29,887 bases of DNA from positions 1 to 29,887 of IMG/VR virus record IMGVR_UViG_3300042196_000179; one strand, written 5' to 3'. The notes under the pieces were generated by a model that did no database searches, had not been told where the DNA came from, and was given only the letters and a program-made list of their open reading frames with translations. How positions within the stretch are numbered: the first letter of the stretch is position 1; every line of letters starts with the position of its first letter. Of this stretch, positions 9,101-17,617 are shown in pieces. The DNA comes from a virus. Taxonomy: Duplodnaviria; Caudoviricetes. A program made the translations under genes and the position numbers.

Positions 9101-9918
9101 ACGTCGTCGAAAAGCGCCAGCGGCGTTTCGCCGATCTTGAAATCTTCCAGCAACAGCGGCCCAAGGCCCCAGACGATCAGCGTGCGCAAATATTGATCGT
9201 CGCCGACGATCTCGGTATATTCCCGCGCGCCCTTCGGTCCCCACAGCCGGTGCTTGCCAAGGACGCGCGGCACCGGCGCGAACGGCCGCAATTCGTTCCG
9301 GCCGCCGGTCAAACCGAACACCGGGCTTTCCCGCGCGGCCGGCGACGACAGTTGGCCGATATCCGGCCGCGACGGCGGCGCGATCGCGTTGACCAGCAAG
9401 CTTCCGACGATACCGATCCCGGCGGCTAAGAGTGTCGCGCCTGTCGCGCCCGCCGCGAACGACGAACCGAAGATAGCCAACCCCGCCGGCCCGAGCGCGC
9501 CGCCCGACACGGCCGCCGCCGCCGCCAAGACCGCGATCGTCAGGATGGTCCGCAACGGGTTTTTCTTGCCGCCGCCGCCGCCGCCGGGGTCCATGGGCAG
9601 AACGCGGATGGTGACGTGGGCGCCGGGCTTGGGCCGCACCAAGCGCCAGTTTTCGCGGGGAATGTGGCAATCGCCCACGAAAATATGGGCGTGCCGGCGC
9701 AGGATCCCATCCGGTTGCGCCTGGGCGAAGATCTCCGCCAGGGTCGCGCCCGCCTCGACCGCGAAGTCGATCCGGGCCATGCTGAAGGGCCGGGCGATCG
9801 CGGACACCCGGATTTGCCCCTCCCCGGGGCGGATGATTTCCAGTACCCTGTCGGGAACGAGAACAGGCCCGGCGCCGGCCTCGGCCGGCGTGGCCGCCAT
9901 GGGAGATTGATGGGACAT
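6118..9918 (-). CDS. Tail tip / host-specificity protein J fused to an N-terminal gpI-like domain
   Basis: About 1266 aa, with GGGGGGKKNPLRTIL, PVPRVLGKHRL, GQYDVRLRRVT, TSNPAA and C-terminal FN3-like domains. Follows the L/K-like genes. Start is 9918 (AAGG RBS) or 9900. Confidence 0.9.
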   Translation of the reverse strand: MSHQSPMAATPAEAGAGPVLVPDRVLEIIRPGEGQIRVSAIARPFSMARIDFAVEAGATLAEIFAQAQPDGILRRHAHIFVGDCHIPRENWRLVRPKPGAHVTIRVLPMDPGGGGGGKKNPLRTILTIAVLAAAAAVSGGALGPAGLAIFGSSFAAGATGATLLAAGIGIVGSLLVNAIAPPSRPDIGQLSSPAARESPVFGLTGGRNELRPFAPVPRVLGKHRLWGPKGAREYTEIVGDDQYLRTLIVWGLGPLLLEDFKIGETPLALFDDVEVEHRQGFLTDGPVTLFPADVFEEALGIALLAAESWQVRTSQIDADEISIDLTFLGGLVEFTDAGDKKARTVALELQTSPAGADTWSASVPISVTASRASVVRHTERVSLTRGQYDVRLRRVTADTANSRIFDVVTWTAIRTFTNESPVNLAGVAMTALRIRATSQLSGVVDSLNCIGTSIFPNWDGNDWDQEEATSNPAAIFRAVLQGSSNANPVPDAQIDLDTIEAWHEINAAAGREFNAVIDSRMSVRDVLAAVAASGRASLKKVDNRWSVAIDAQQASSGLMFTPRNSRNFSATKTFLNLPHALRVTFINRDQGYRPDEVFVYRDGYDALTATIFDGLKPFGVTNVSQAWLDGTYHFASAILRPERYEFEIDIEHMPMTRGDLFDLSHDVLLVGLSTGRIKSTVTDGGGNITSIVTDEVLPMEADKDYALIVRTVTGGRVSATVATNVGEQTTVALSPALAPGSGVVAGDLFAFGEAGVETIPCLVHSMRRHGNDAAIVTAIPESAAIYTADAGPIPEFESRLSPLVGNDKPSIVNVRSDESVMVRNSDGSLDSRILVTLGAPGSLALSRIFRLEAYYRPSDSAGAWNSLGTFARDEREISVRPVEDGEKYDMQFRYVFRDDQPGEFTTVAGHMVLGKLTPPPAVTTFNVARLADGTRKFEWSSLVIPPDVANGGGYVIRYGLGTGVAWEDMADLFTQGLLKTSPVETNELAAGTYTFGIKMVDGSGNESNNAATIEAVLGDPRLRDAIHHRLERGLGWPGDKTDCFVNSNGYLEAIGDPATGRWADLPDTWAALADTWLGIVPSVSPIVYVTETIDLGADRAFTPLATFSGLGTPTIEMETGTDADGAPTGGYVALAPASARYIRIRLTVAGAAILARELAVILDGETKVINIEDINTASSADPRFESIAAGHFKYETDGTIGGIITAQIVAFQNDGDGGRKVDLLSKATTITGGVNPAAEFKMYKDIAGTWTLADATVDLEIKGYKV

Positions 9919-10165
9919 GAAAACCTTATGGATTGCGTTAACCGTCTTGACCGCCGCCGGGTGCGCCACGTTCGATCGCGGGTCGCCGGATTACTGGCGC
10001 CACATCAACCGCACCACGTCGGCCAAATCCGCCGATACCGACGCATGCCGGCTAGAGGCGGCGCGGGCCGGCGGGTACGATTGGCTCGACGCATCCATGC
10101 GCCGGTCGGAAGTGTTTGCCTTGTGCATGAAATCGCGCGGCTATTATCACTCCGCCGCGAATTGA
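9917..10165 (+). CDS. Small lipoprotein moron (possible superinfection exclusion), 82 aa
   Basis: GGAG RBS, MKTLWIALTVLTAAG-C lipobox, and a DTDACR...LCMKSRGY disulfide pattern. It is the only + strand gene inside the tail operon. Confidence 0.8.
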   Translation: MKTLWIALTVLTAAGCATFDRGSPDYWRHINRTTSAKSADTDACRLEAARAGGYDWLDASMRRSEVFALCMKSRGYYHSAAN

Positions 10166-10644
10166 ACCAAGGTCGGGTGGCGGTACACCCCGACCACACG
10201 TTGCCGCCAGATCGGGGAATCGAGACGTTCCAGCATCGTCTCGATCCCCGCCTCGATATGCAGCATCCGCCCGCGCGCGACCACGATCCCGACATGGCTT
10301 GGCCACCCGCGCGTGCGCAGCAACACCACGTCGCCAAGGCCGCTCAGATCCGCGACCGCCGCGATCCATTGCGCATCGCTCATATCCGCCGCGCGCGCGG
10401 CAACCTCGAACCATTCGGGTTTGTGCTTTTCGATCAGCGGCGCCACGACGGCACCGGCAAGCGCATCGTCGTATTCGTCGGCGTGGCTTTCGATCTCGAT
10501 ATCGAATTGCTCTTTCAGCACCAGCCGGACCAAGCCCCAGCAATCGCACCCGGCGCGGTCGCGGCCCATGGTCGCGAACGGCAACCCGATATATTGCCGC
10601 ACCCACGGCGGCGGCTGGCGCCCGGCCTTCAGATGCGGGATCAC
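10147..10644 (-). CDS. Tail assembly protein K-like, NlpC/P60 domain
   Basis: YIGLPF...GRDRAGCDCWGLV...SHVGI...MLH catalytic motifs, in the position between L and J. Confidence 0.92.
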   Translation of the reverse strand: MIPHLKAGRQPPPWVRQYIGLPFATMGRDRAGCDCWGLVRLVLKEQFDIEIESHADEYDDALAGAVVAPLIEKHKPEWFEVAARAADMSDAQWIAAVADLSGLGDVVLLRTRGWPSHVGIVVARGRMLHIEAGIETMLERLDSPIWRQRVVGVYRHPTLVQFAAE

Positions 10645-11117
10645 TAGAACACACCCGGAAATAAACCCGGCGTAAACGAATCCTTCGGGTACGGTTCGTC
10701 CAAGAAGTTTTCAACGCCGACCGGCGCCGTGACGGTCAGGGAATTCCAGGTGACCTCCCGTATTTCCATGTCGGGAAACGACATTTCCACGACGTCCGGC
10801 GCGGCGGCGCGCACCATCTCGATCAACACGCTGGGCCGCGTCGATATGGACCGGATCGCTTGCGTGATCTCCAGGCTTACGTTTTGAATCGTGATCGACC
10901 CGGCGGCAACGCCCGAATCGTCGTCGCCGGGCTTCTCATCCTCGAACGGCATGGCGACGAAGGTTTCGCCGCGGCTGACCAGATCGACCGCGTCGTTGCA
11001 AACACGGATCGGCGGCGACAGGTTTTCGTGATCGATCGTGATCAAGGTTATAAAAACCTGATCGGTCTCGTTGGCATACAGGGCCGCGCGCGTGGTGTCC
11101 GTGACCGGCCGCGTCAT
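10644..11117 (-). CDS. Minor tail protein L-like (DUF1833 type), 157 aa
   Basis: ITLITIDH..L..PIRV.ND...F.AMPF...ITIQNVS...EPYP...FTP..FPGVF pattern. ATGA overlap at 11114-11117. Confidence 0.85.
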   Translation of the reverse strand: MTRPVTDTTRAALYANETDQVFITLITIDHENLSPPIRVCNDAVDLVSRGETFVAMPFEDEKPGDDDSGVAAGSITIQNVSLEITQAIRSISTRPSVLIEMVRAAAPDVVEMSFPDMEIREVTWNSLTVTAPVGVENFLDEPYPKDSFTPGLFPGVF

Positions 11118-11473
11118 GGCAATATCTCGATCGGAAACGAAACCGTATAGAACATCCCCCGGTTGCGCGGCTGCACGAGCGGCGGCTGATCGGCGATGAA
11201 GCACATGGTGACCGCCGCCTGCGTGCGCGGATGGACCCACGTGAACGGCAACGTGCCGCCGCCGGTCCCGGTTTCCCAGAACGCATCGAGCGTATCGACC
11301 TGCGCCGGGGTCAGCTTGAACACCAATTGAAGCGGGCGAACCGCCGCCGTGAACCGCCGGCGTTGCTTCGCCGGCCCCGCGTCGTTCGGCGAGCGAATGC
11401 CCATGGTTCGGAATCGCTCTTGATACCCATCCTCTAGCGGCTTTGTCGGCAATCCGCCCGGCCATGCAACCAT
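11114..11473 (-). CDS. Minor tail protein M / distal-tail-like, 119 aa
   Basis: AWP..LP...GY...IRS..DAGPAKQRRRFT...FW...GG.LPFTW.HP pattern, directly after the tape measure gene. Confidence 0.85.
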   Translation of the reverse strand: MVAWPGGLPTKPLEDGYQERFRTMGIRSPNDAGPAKQRRRFTAAVRPLQLVFKLTPAQVDTLDAFWETGTGGGTLPFTWVHPRTQAAVTMCFIADQPPLVQPRNRGMFYTVSFPIEILP

Positions 11474-11478
11474 GCTGC

Positions 11479-13599
11479 TTACCTCGGTGATAGGATGCGC
11501 TGCGCGCCGAATGTATCCGCCAGCGCGCGCGACGTGATGCTGCCGGCCCGGCGCACTTGCCGGGCAACCGCCTCGTCAATGCTCACTTCAAGGTTAACGC
11601 CGCCGCCCGAGTCCGCGCTTTCCCTGGCCGTCACGCTGGCGCCGACGTTGTTGACGATGATGACCTTGACTTGCCCGCCGCGCGCCTGTTGGGCCGGCGT
11701 CTCCACTGTCACTCTTTCCCCACGGGTTGCATCGAACCTGATCGGCGTTGTATCCGTGCCGCCGTCGCCGCCGACGATGAACGATCCGCCCGATGCGAGC
11801 CCGCCGATGCCGCCCGGTTTCGATGTTCTCAGCGCCGCGTTGTTCAAGTATGCATTGGACGTTCCCCCGCCGAACAACAGACCGATGCCGGATGATAACA
11901 ACTTGCCGAAGTCGATGCCGCCGATCGCCGTTTCGAGCGGCTTGGTGATCGCCGCCCGCGTCAGGATGCGCAGGATATCCCGCTCGATCCCGCGCAAGAC
12001 TTCGCTGAATCGTCCGCCGTCCACGATCGCATCCTCGAAGGCCGACGAAATGGACAGGCTCAAATCGCGCATGCCCTCGTTGACTTTGGCCGAGGCCGAC
12101 CCGACTTTCAGCATCGCCTTTTCGGTGCGCTCTATGATCGTCGCCGCCTGTTCTTGCGTCAATGCGCCGGCGGCGGCCAAGCGTTCGACTTTTTGATAAA
12201 TCTCTTGTAATTTTTCGCCTTCCGTCTGCACCGATTTCAACAGGGACGCGGCTTGCCGCTGCGCATCCTCACGCGCCGATTTGGCCTTGCGCGCTTCCTC
12301 GGTTTCAAGCTTTTGGATTTCCTCGATCTGATCGTGCAATTGTTCAAGGCGCGCCTTGCGGTTTTCGATCGCGCCCTTCCGGGCTTCTTCTGCGGCCGCT
12401 TCCATGCGCGCCCGTTCCTGGAAGGCCGCCGCCGCGTCCTTGGCGTCCTGGGCGATCCGTTCCCGCGCCGCCTGTTCGTCCAACAGGATATCGAGAATAT
12501 CCTGTTGCGCCGCCAGCTCCCTTTCCAATGCCTCGGTCGTCTGCGTTATGTCATCGTCTTTCGTAAAGAATTGCTGCAACGCGCCCGACGCGCCCGGCAA
12601 GGTCGGGCGGTTGATGTTCTCCAATTCGAATTGGATTTCGCGAATCCGCGCCCTTGACGCGGCCAATTGCTTATCCAATGTATTGGTCAACGCATCCGCC
12701 ATGTTGTCGGCGGCGGCCGCCGTGGCGTCCATCGCCGCGATGGCAACATCGCTCGCGCCGCTCGACTTCGCCATGACCTCCAGAAAATCGGCCAGGGCAT
12801 CCTTGACGTTATCGAACGCGCCCTTCAGGCCGCCGCGCTCCGCTTCGCCGGCCCCGCCGACTTGCTTTTCGATGACGCCGAGAATGAGCGCCGTGGCGCC
12901 GGAAACATCGCCCATGGCCCGCATCTGCTTGACCATTTCGATCTGAGTATTCGTGAACGAAATGCCGGATCGATTCAGCTGGCTCAGGTTCCGTTCCGGG
13001 TCCTCGATCGCCTTGGCCAATTGGATCGTCTGCGTGCGCAAGTCGGTCTTGAACACGGCCGACAAATCCTGCGAAAGCCGGAGGGTGCGCTCGAACGCAT
13101 CGCCGGCCACGTTCTTGAATGTCAGCAAGGCGGCGGCCGCATCGCGGACCTGGTCGTCGGTGGCCGCCGTTCCCCGCTCGATCGAGTTTGCCAATGCCTC
13201 GATCGAGGCGGCCGTTTGACCGCTCGCGCTCTCGGTCGCCCGCAACAGCGCGGCGATGCGCAACTGCGCGTTTTCCGCCGATGCCAATTCCCCCAGGCCG
13301 GATTTCAACGCGAAGGCGACGGCGGCAATGCCGGCGGCGGCGCCGATGCCGATCGGACCCAGCGCCGCCAAGCCGGCGCCGACCGGCCCCAGGCGAAGCG
13401 CCATGCTTTGCATGGAAGTCTCGACCGATCGGCCGGTCGCGGCGACCCCCTGCATGGCCTTGGTCGAGAGAACGCTGCCCGTCTCGACTTGCCGCAACGC
13501 GCGGCTGCCAACGTCACCGAAGCTGACAAAGCGTTGCGTGGCCTCTTGCGAGCCGAGAACCGCGAGTCGGATCGATAAATTTCGTTCGGCCAATTCCAT
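11479..13599 (-). CDS. Tape measure protein, 706 aa
   Basis: Ala-rich helical/coiled-coil protein with QLAKAIEDP...L.RSGISF and a C-terminal ASGGSF.VGG.GG.D motif. Follows the G/T chaperones. Confidence 0.93.
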   Translation of the reverse strand: MELAERNLSIRLAVLGSQEATQRFVSFGDVGSRALRQVETGSVLSTKAMQGVAATGRSVETSMQSMALRLGPVGAGLAALGPIGIGAAAGIAAVAFALKSGLGELASAENAQLRIAALLRATESASGQTAASIEALANSIERGTAATDDQVRDAAAALLTFKNVAGDAFERTLRLSQDLSAVFKTDLRTQTIQLAKAIEDPERNLSQLNRSGISFTNTQIEMVKQMRAMGDVSGATALILGVIEKQVGGAGEAERGGLKGAFDNVKDALADFLEVMAKSSGASDVAIAAMDATAAAADNMADALTNTLDKQLAASRARIREIQFELENINRPTLPGASGALQQFFTKDDDITQTTEALERELAAQQDILDILLDEQAARERIAQDAKDAAAAFQERARMEAAAEEARKGAIENRKARLEQLHDQIEEIQKLETEEARKAKSAREDAQRQAASLLKSVQTEGEKLQEIYQKVERLAAAGALTQEQAATIIERTEKAMLKVGSASAKVNEGMRDLSLSISSAFEDAIVDGGRFSEVLRGIERDILRILTRAAITKPLETAIGGIDFGKLLSSGIGLLFGGGTSNAYLNNAALRTSKPGGIGGLASGGSFIVGGDGGTDTTPIRFDATRGERVTVETPAQQARGGQVKVIIVNNVGASVTARESADSGGGVNLEVSIDEAVARQVRRAGSITSRALADTFGAQRILSPR

Positions 13600-13604
13600 G
13601 CACT

Positions 13605-13643
13605 CCCGACTTATGCGCCCGACCTATGTGCCCGACTTATGCG
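13605..13643. repeat. 13-bp tandem repeat x3 between the GT stop and the tape measure start
   Basis: CCCGACTTATGCG / CCCGACCTATGTG / CCCGACTTATGCG. Confidence 0.9.
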
Positions 13644-14002
13644 GTTGTTTTCTTCATCGCCATGACCGCCGCCGATTCGGCGATCTGCAAGATTTCACCA
13701 ATGATCGCCGGATCGCCGTCGCCCGGATCGGTGCGCGCCAGGCATTCGCCCATGTCGAGGCCGATGATGGCGCCGCTCATATCCGCCCGCCGCCATTGAC
13801 CTGTGCCCGTGGTCAACACGCGCCATGCCGCCCACCCTTCGAGCGACTTCGGTTCGGTCTCGACATAGGGGCACTGTTTCATTCCCTCGGGCGTTTCGAC
13901 CGCTTCGCCTTGCGCGCAGCTCTCGCCGGTTTCCTCGCACCCTTCGCAGTATCCGGCCCCGCCGCCGAAGTGCCACGCGGCGCGGGACCGGACAAGTTTC
14001 CC
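13637..14002 (-). CDS. Tail assembly chaperone gpT part (C-terminal portion of the GT frameshift fusion)
   Basis: The -1 frame from the slippery site reads GKLVRSRAAWHFGGGAGYCEGC...CPYVETEPKSLEGWAAW...GQWR...GLD and is open to TAA at 13637. Confidence 0.8.
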   Translation of the reverse strand, partial: GKLVRSRAAWHFGGGAGYCEGCEETGESCAQGEAVETPEGMKQCPYVETEPKSLEGWAAWRVLTTGTGQWRRADMSGAIIGLDMGECLARTDPGDGDPAIIGEILQIAESAAVMAMKKTTA

Positions 14003-14418
14003 TCCAATTGCACCATGTCGTTCGGCCAGAGATACTTGACCAGAAAGTCATCCGATATCGGCCCGATCGACATCAGATCGCCGATTGTTTCCTCGGTGAT
14101 CGGCGATATTTCGTCGCCCTCGGGTGGCAACACGCCTTTCCATTCCATGATGGCCGCGCACCCAAGGGCGGTCGCATAGAATTGTTGCGACAACCCGGCC
14201 ACGTTATCCGGATCGGTCAGATCGATCATGCCGTTGACCGTTCCGCCGGCGGCCTCGATTCCCCGTTGATGGTCCAGGGTTTCGCGGACCAGGCGCTTGC
14301 CCTTGGCCAGGGCCGCGTTTCTGATCGCCGTGGTCGGCGGCCGGACGTAAACGCTGACCCCCATCACAAGATCGAGCCAATAGGGAACGCGGGTCTTTTG
14401 ATCCGTGAGCCTGATCAT
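13879..14418 (-). CDS. Tail assembly chaperone gpG-like, 179 aa
   Basis: Lies between tail tube and tape measure. Shows YWLDL..GV.V.VRP and AIMEWKGV motifs, and contains GGGAAAC. Confidence 0.85.
   Translation of the reverse strand: MIRLTDQKTRVPYWLDLVMGVSVYVRPPTTAIRNAALAKGKRLVRETLDHQRGIEAAGGTVNGMIDLTDPDNVAGLSQQFYATALGCAAIMEWKGVLPPEGDEISPITEETIGDLMSIGPISDDFLVKYLWPNDMVQLEGNLSGPAPRGTSAAGPDTAKGARKPARAARKAKRSKRPRE
13996..14002 (-). other. Programmed -1 ribosomal frameshift slippery site G GGA AAC
   Basis: X XXY YYZ heptamer in the correct phase (GAG GGA AAC), analogous to lambda G/T GGGAAAG. Confidence 0.85.
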
Positions 14419-14422
14419 GTCA

Positions 14423-15724
14423 TCAGGCCGGGTTGTCGTAATTGGCCAGATCGTTCCATAAGGACACCGACAGGGCGCGTCCGATGCTCACGTCTTGCGC
14501 GCCGATCCCTTCGTATGTGACTTCGATCCCGCCCGGCCCGTTGATCTCGCGGCGCGGAATCGGCAAGTGCAATTCATGAAGATTGAAAAGCAATTCCGCG
14601 CCGTCCGCCGAATTGTAGAACCCGGTCCGGCATTCGACAGGCAGCCCGGATTCGGCGGCCGCGCGCATCGCCGTGTTCGAATAGCGCACCGTCAAGGAGA
14701 GCGTCAGTCCGGTTTGGCCAGCATCCGCACCCTCGATCAAGCCATCCTCGCGCAGCGCGTTGACGACATCCAAATTGTTGCTGATCTGATAGTTGGCGGC
14801 CACCACGTTCCCGGCGCGCACCCCATCCACCAGGATATATCCGTGGAATTGCGAAAACAGGTCGATCGCCTTGACCGCCGGCGTACCGGCCGCCGTCGCG
14901 GTTTCCGCCGTTTCACTCTGCGCGATCAAGGCCACCGACGCCTTGACCGCGCCGGATCGCGTCCGCTCGATCGACAAGGAATTCAGCTTCGTGCCGGCAT
15001 GCTCGATGAAGCGATCCGATCCACCCTCCAAATCCGCGTGTTCGGTTTCCAAGGAAGCCGACGGCAAGGTCGCCGACCCGCTCACGTAATCGTGCCTGAT
15101 CAACCCGCCGCCGACCAACGTCGCGGCCGATCGCTTGATCCCGGGGATCGCCGATGCCAGCGTGTAGGCGTTACCGGAAGCGTCGGCGGTATCGTGATCG
15201 ATCGCCAACCGATCGCCATAGGTCGAATATGTCGCCGCCGCGATTTCCGATACGACCGATGCATTCAGATCGTCGACCAGATCGGCCAGGGTCAAGGCCA
15301 ACGTGGCCGCGATTTGCGTTTCATTCGTGCTTGGCGATCCGGTGACGAATGTCCACGTCTGGCCGTCAAGGACGATCGTTTGGCCGTTCGACGGGTTGAC
15401 GTTGAACGATATCCAACCGCGCGCGCCGTCGGCGGCCTCCGCGGTCGGCGCGGCCAGCAACAGCTTCAACCAGTAACCGATCAACCGTTGATCGATTGGG
15501 ATCGTCGCCGGGCCGTTGACATCGATCGCCCCGCGCGACGGCGCCAACGGATCGCGCCCGGCGCCAAGCAGCGGATCGTTTTCCAGCGGTTGTTGCTTGC
15601 TCAATCCGAACGTATACGCCGCCATGGCAACGTAATTGCCGACCGCGCGTTCGCCGTATGCGGTTTCGAATCGAAGGCGCAGTTTGACATTCGCGCCCGT
15701 TGCGCGTTGTGGTGTGGCAACCAT
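14423..15724 (-). CDS. Major tail tube protein with an internal inserted domain, 433 aa
   Basis: RATGAN...FETAYG, QPLENDPLLG.GRDP, IGYWLKLL, LPSASLE, RE.GLIEGAD.G and L.IPRREI.GPGGIE motifs. Confidence 0.9.
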   Translation of the reverse strand: MVATPQRATGANVKLRLRFETAYGERAVGNYVAMAAYTFGLSKQQPLENDPLLGAGRDPLAPSRGAIDVNGPATIPIDQRLIGYWLKLLLAAPTAEAADGARGWISFNVNPSNGQTIVLDGQTWTFVTGSPSTNETQIAATLALTLADLVDDLNASVVSEIAAATYSTYGDRLAIDHDTADASGNAYTLASAIPGIKRSAATLVGGGLIRHDYVSGSATLPSASLETEHADLEGGSDRFIEHAGTKLNSLSIERTRSGAVKASVALIAQSETAETATAAGTPAVKAIDLFSQFHGYILVDGVRAGNVVAANYQISNNLDVVNALREDGLIEGADAGQTGLTLSLTVRYSNTAMRAAAESGLPVECRTGFYNSADGAELLFNLHELHLPIPRREINGPGGIEVTYEGIGAQDVSIGRALSVSLWNDLANYDNPA

Positions 15725-15760
15725 ATTTTTCGTCTCCTGTAAAAGCCGCTGATGCGGCGC

Positions 15761-16201
15761 CTAGAATCGCGTTGCCGATTGATAGTCCATGACCACGGTC
15801 ACGATCGCCGCCTTGATGGCGTGCGCCCCCTCGACCGCCTCTTGGAATGTCTCGGGCAGGCCGTATGACATTCCATTGATCAACCCGCCCAGCGTCGGGT
15901 TTGCATCGAGCGCCTGCCCGACCAGAACGCGCAACAGATCGAATTGTGCATCCCGCACCGCTTGGTCGCCGTGCTGCACCATCAATTCTATTTCCGCCTC
16001 GTGCGTGTAGTAGAACGGGCCGTCGTTGCCCAGCGGTTCATCGGTTTCGCCGGGGTTTCCATCGCGCAGGATCACCGCGCCGTGACTGGGTATTTCCTGC
16101 GTTGGCGCCACGTTCCGCGCCACGCTGATCGTCGGCCCGGCGATCGTCGCCAAGGCCGCCGACAATGCCAGCAACACCGTCTCGCTTTTGCTCGCCGCCA
16201 T
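15761..16201 (-). CDS. Tail terminator (gpU-like), 146 aa
   Basis: SKSETVL.AL...ILRDG.PGE...Y.HEAE.E...TLGGL pattern, immediately upstream of the tail tube. Confidence 0.8.
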   Translation of the reverse strand: MAASKSETVLLALSAALATIAGPTISVARNVAPTQEIPSHGAVILRDGNPGETDEPLGNDGPFYYTHEAEIELMVQHGDQAVRDAQFDLLRVLVGQALDANPTLGGLINGMSYGLPETFQEAVEGAHAIKAAIVTVVMDYQSATRF

Positions 16202-16218
16202 GTCTCACGATTCCCTTC

Positions 16219-16923
16219 TCACGATCCCCTGTTCTGGTTGATGTTCCACCGATCCGCGATCAACATTGGCAACCGCCGGTGCCAACGAAGCGCGATCGGC
16301 GCAATATCCAACCTCTTTTTCAAATGCACTTGCGGCTGAAGGGTAAACATCACAACCGTCGTCGCCCCCTTCAACGAGACGAACGCGCCGCGCGCCTTTG
16401 TGGCCTTGCGCACGGTCGCCGCCCGGAATCCGCCGCGCTTGCCCGCCTTAAAGGCCCGTTGCCCGCGCTTTACCAACCCATCCACAACCAGCAACGCATT
16501 CCGCCCCGGCCGCTTCACGAAGCGCAACTTACCAAGCCGCCCCTCGGGAAAGTTTCCCGGATTGATCCGCTTTCCATCCGTGCCGCGCGCCGGCGCCGCA
16601 AGCGTGGGCAGCGCCAGGAACCGCCCGCCCTTGCTGCGGATCGTCGCACCGGACTCGAACACGCGCAGCAACTTCGGCGCCTTCGTCCATATCAACGTCG
16701 CCGGCCCGCCGGCCTGTCCCTTGTTCGGATACAGCCGTGCGCGAATCGTGTTCGGCAACTTATTCCCCAGGCCGGCCCGGCGTATTTCATTCTGCCAATC
16801 CGCCTTGGCCCCCTCACCCGCCGCCTTCACGCCCTCTTCCGTCGCCGCCGCACCGGCCTTGACTTCCGCCGCCATGATCCGCTTGAGATCGCCGACGATT
16901 TGCACCTTAAGCACGAACGTCAT
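16219..16923 (-). CDS. Tail completion protein (DUF6441 / gpZ-like), 234 aa
   Basis: Basic protein with AGLG.KL..TIR...YP, FESGATIRS..G.FLALP and F.L.PQV.L.KRLD motifs. ATGA overlap at 16920-16923. Confidence 0.8.
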   Translation of the reverse strand: MTFVLKVQIVGDLKRIMAAEVKAGAAATEEGVKAAGEGAKADWQNEIRRAGLGNKLPNTIRARLYPNKGQAGGPATLIWTKAPKLLRVFESGATIRSKGGRFLALPTLAAPARGTDGKRINPGNFPEGRLGKLRFVKRPGRNALLVVDGLVKRGQRAFKAGKRGGFRAATVRKATKARGAFVSLKGATTVVMFTLQPQVHLKKRLDIAPIALRWHRRLPMLIADRWNINQNRGS

Positions 16924-17264
16924 AGCGGATGTGTGTCCAGCGTCCACACAAGCCGGTCCGGGTCCCGCGTGGCCGGCACGCCCTGCACCCTGAAGGCTTC
17001 CGCCGCCGGCCCGCCAACCGTTCCGTCGGGATTGGCCATTTCCAGGCTATCCCCGGCGCGCGGACTGGCGATCTCGCTCACGCGGATTTCAAAAACATTG
17101 GTCGATACGATCACGTCGGATTGACCGAAACCGCGATCTACATCCGGGCTTTTCCGGATCACCCGCACCGGAACGGGAACGCCGGCGTCGGGAACGTAAA
17201 GCGCATCTGTCGCCAATTCCGACGCAAAGATCGCATCGATCATCGTACTGAAGGCCAAGGGCAC
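16920..17264 (-). CDS. Head-tail joining protein (gpFII-like), 114 aa
   Basis: AF...IDAIF...ATDALY, PVRVI...PD...FG and IRVSE...PR.GD...RDPDRLVWTLD motifs. GTG start inferred. Confidence 0.8.
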   Translation of the reverse strand: MPLAFSTMIDAIFASELATDALYVPDAGVPVPVRVIRKSPDVDRGFGQSDVIVSTNVFEIRVSEIASPRAGDSLEMANPDGTVGGPAAEAFRVQGVPATRDPDRLVWTLDTHPL

Positions 17265-17269
17265 ACCCC

Positions 17270-17617
17270 CTATTTCAAGACTGTCGGACGGATTTTGATC
17301 ACCCCGCGCGATACCGTCGACGGCGCGCCGCCGATCGTCACCTCGGCTTCGTGGTGATAGCGCCCGTTGAGATCGACCGTGTCGGCCGGCGCGACCGCCA
17401 CGCGGAAAATGCCGCCCGCGCCGTTCACGACGGTAATGCCCGATCCCAATGATTTTTCGACAAGCGGCGCCGCGTCTGTCGCCTTGACGGATAAGGCCCA
17501 ACGGATCGCGGCGGCGGAAATATCCAGCGGCAAGTCCGTTGCGTCATCGGTCACCGTCACCTCGAACACGATACTGTCGCCGGCGTCGGCCTCGAAATCC
17601 TGATTAATTTCGCTCAT
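17270..17617 (-). CDS. Beta-rich virion protein, BppU N-terminal-like, 115 aa
   Basis: GDS..F.VTVTD...PLDIS.A.I.W...G.F.V...PADT..L.G.Y.HEAEV pattern. ATGA overlap with the repeat protein. Confidence 0.7.
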   Translation of the reverse strand: MSEINQDFEADAGDSIVFEVTVTDDATDLPLDISAAAIRWALSVKATDAAPLVEKSLGSGITVVNGAGGIFRVAVAPADTVDLNGRYHHEAEVTIGGAPSTVSRGVIKIRPTVLK

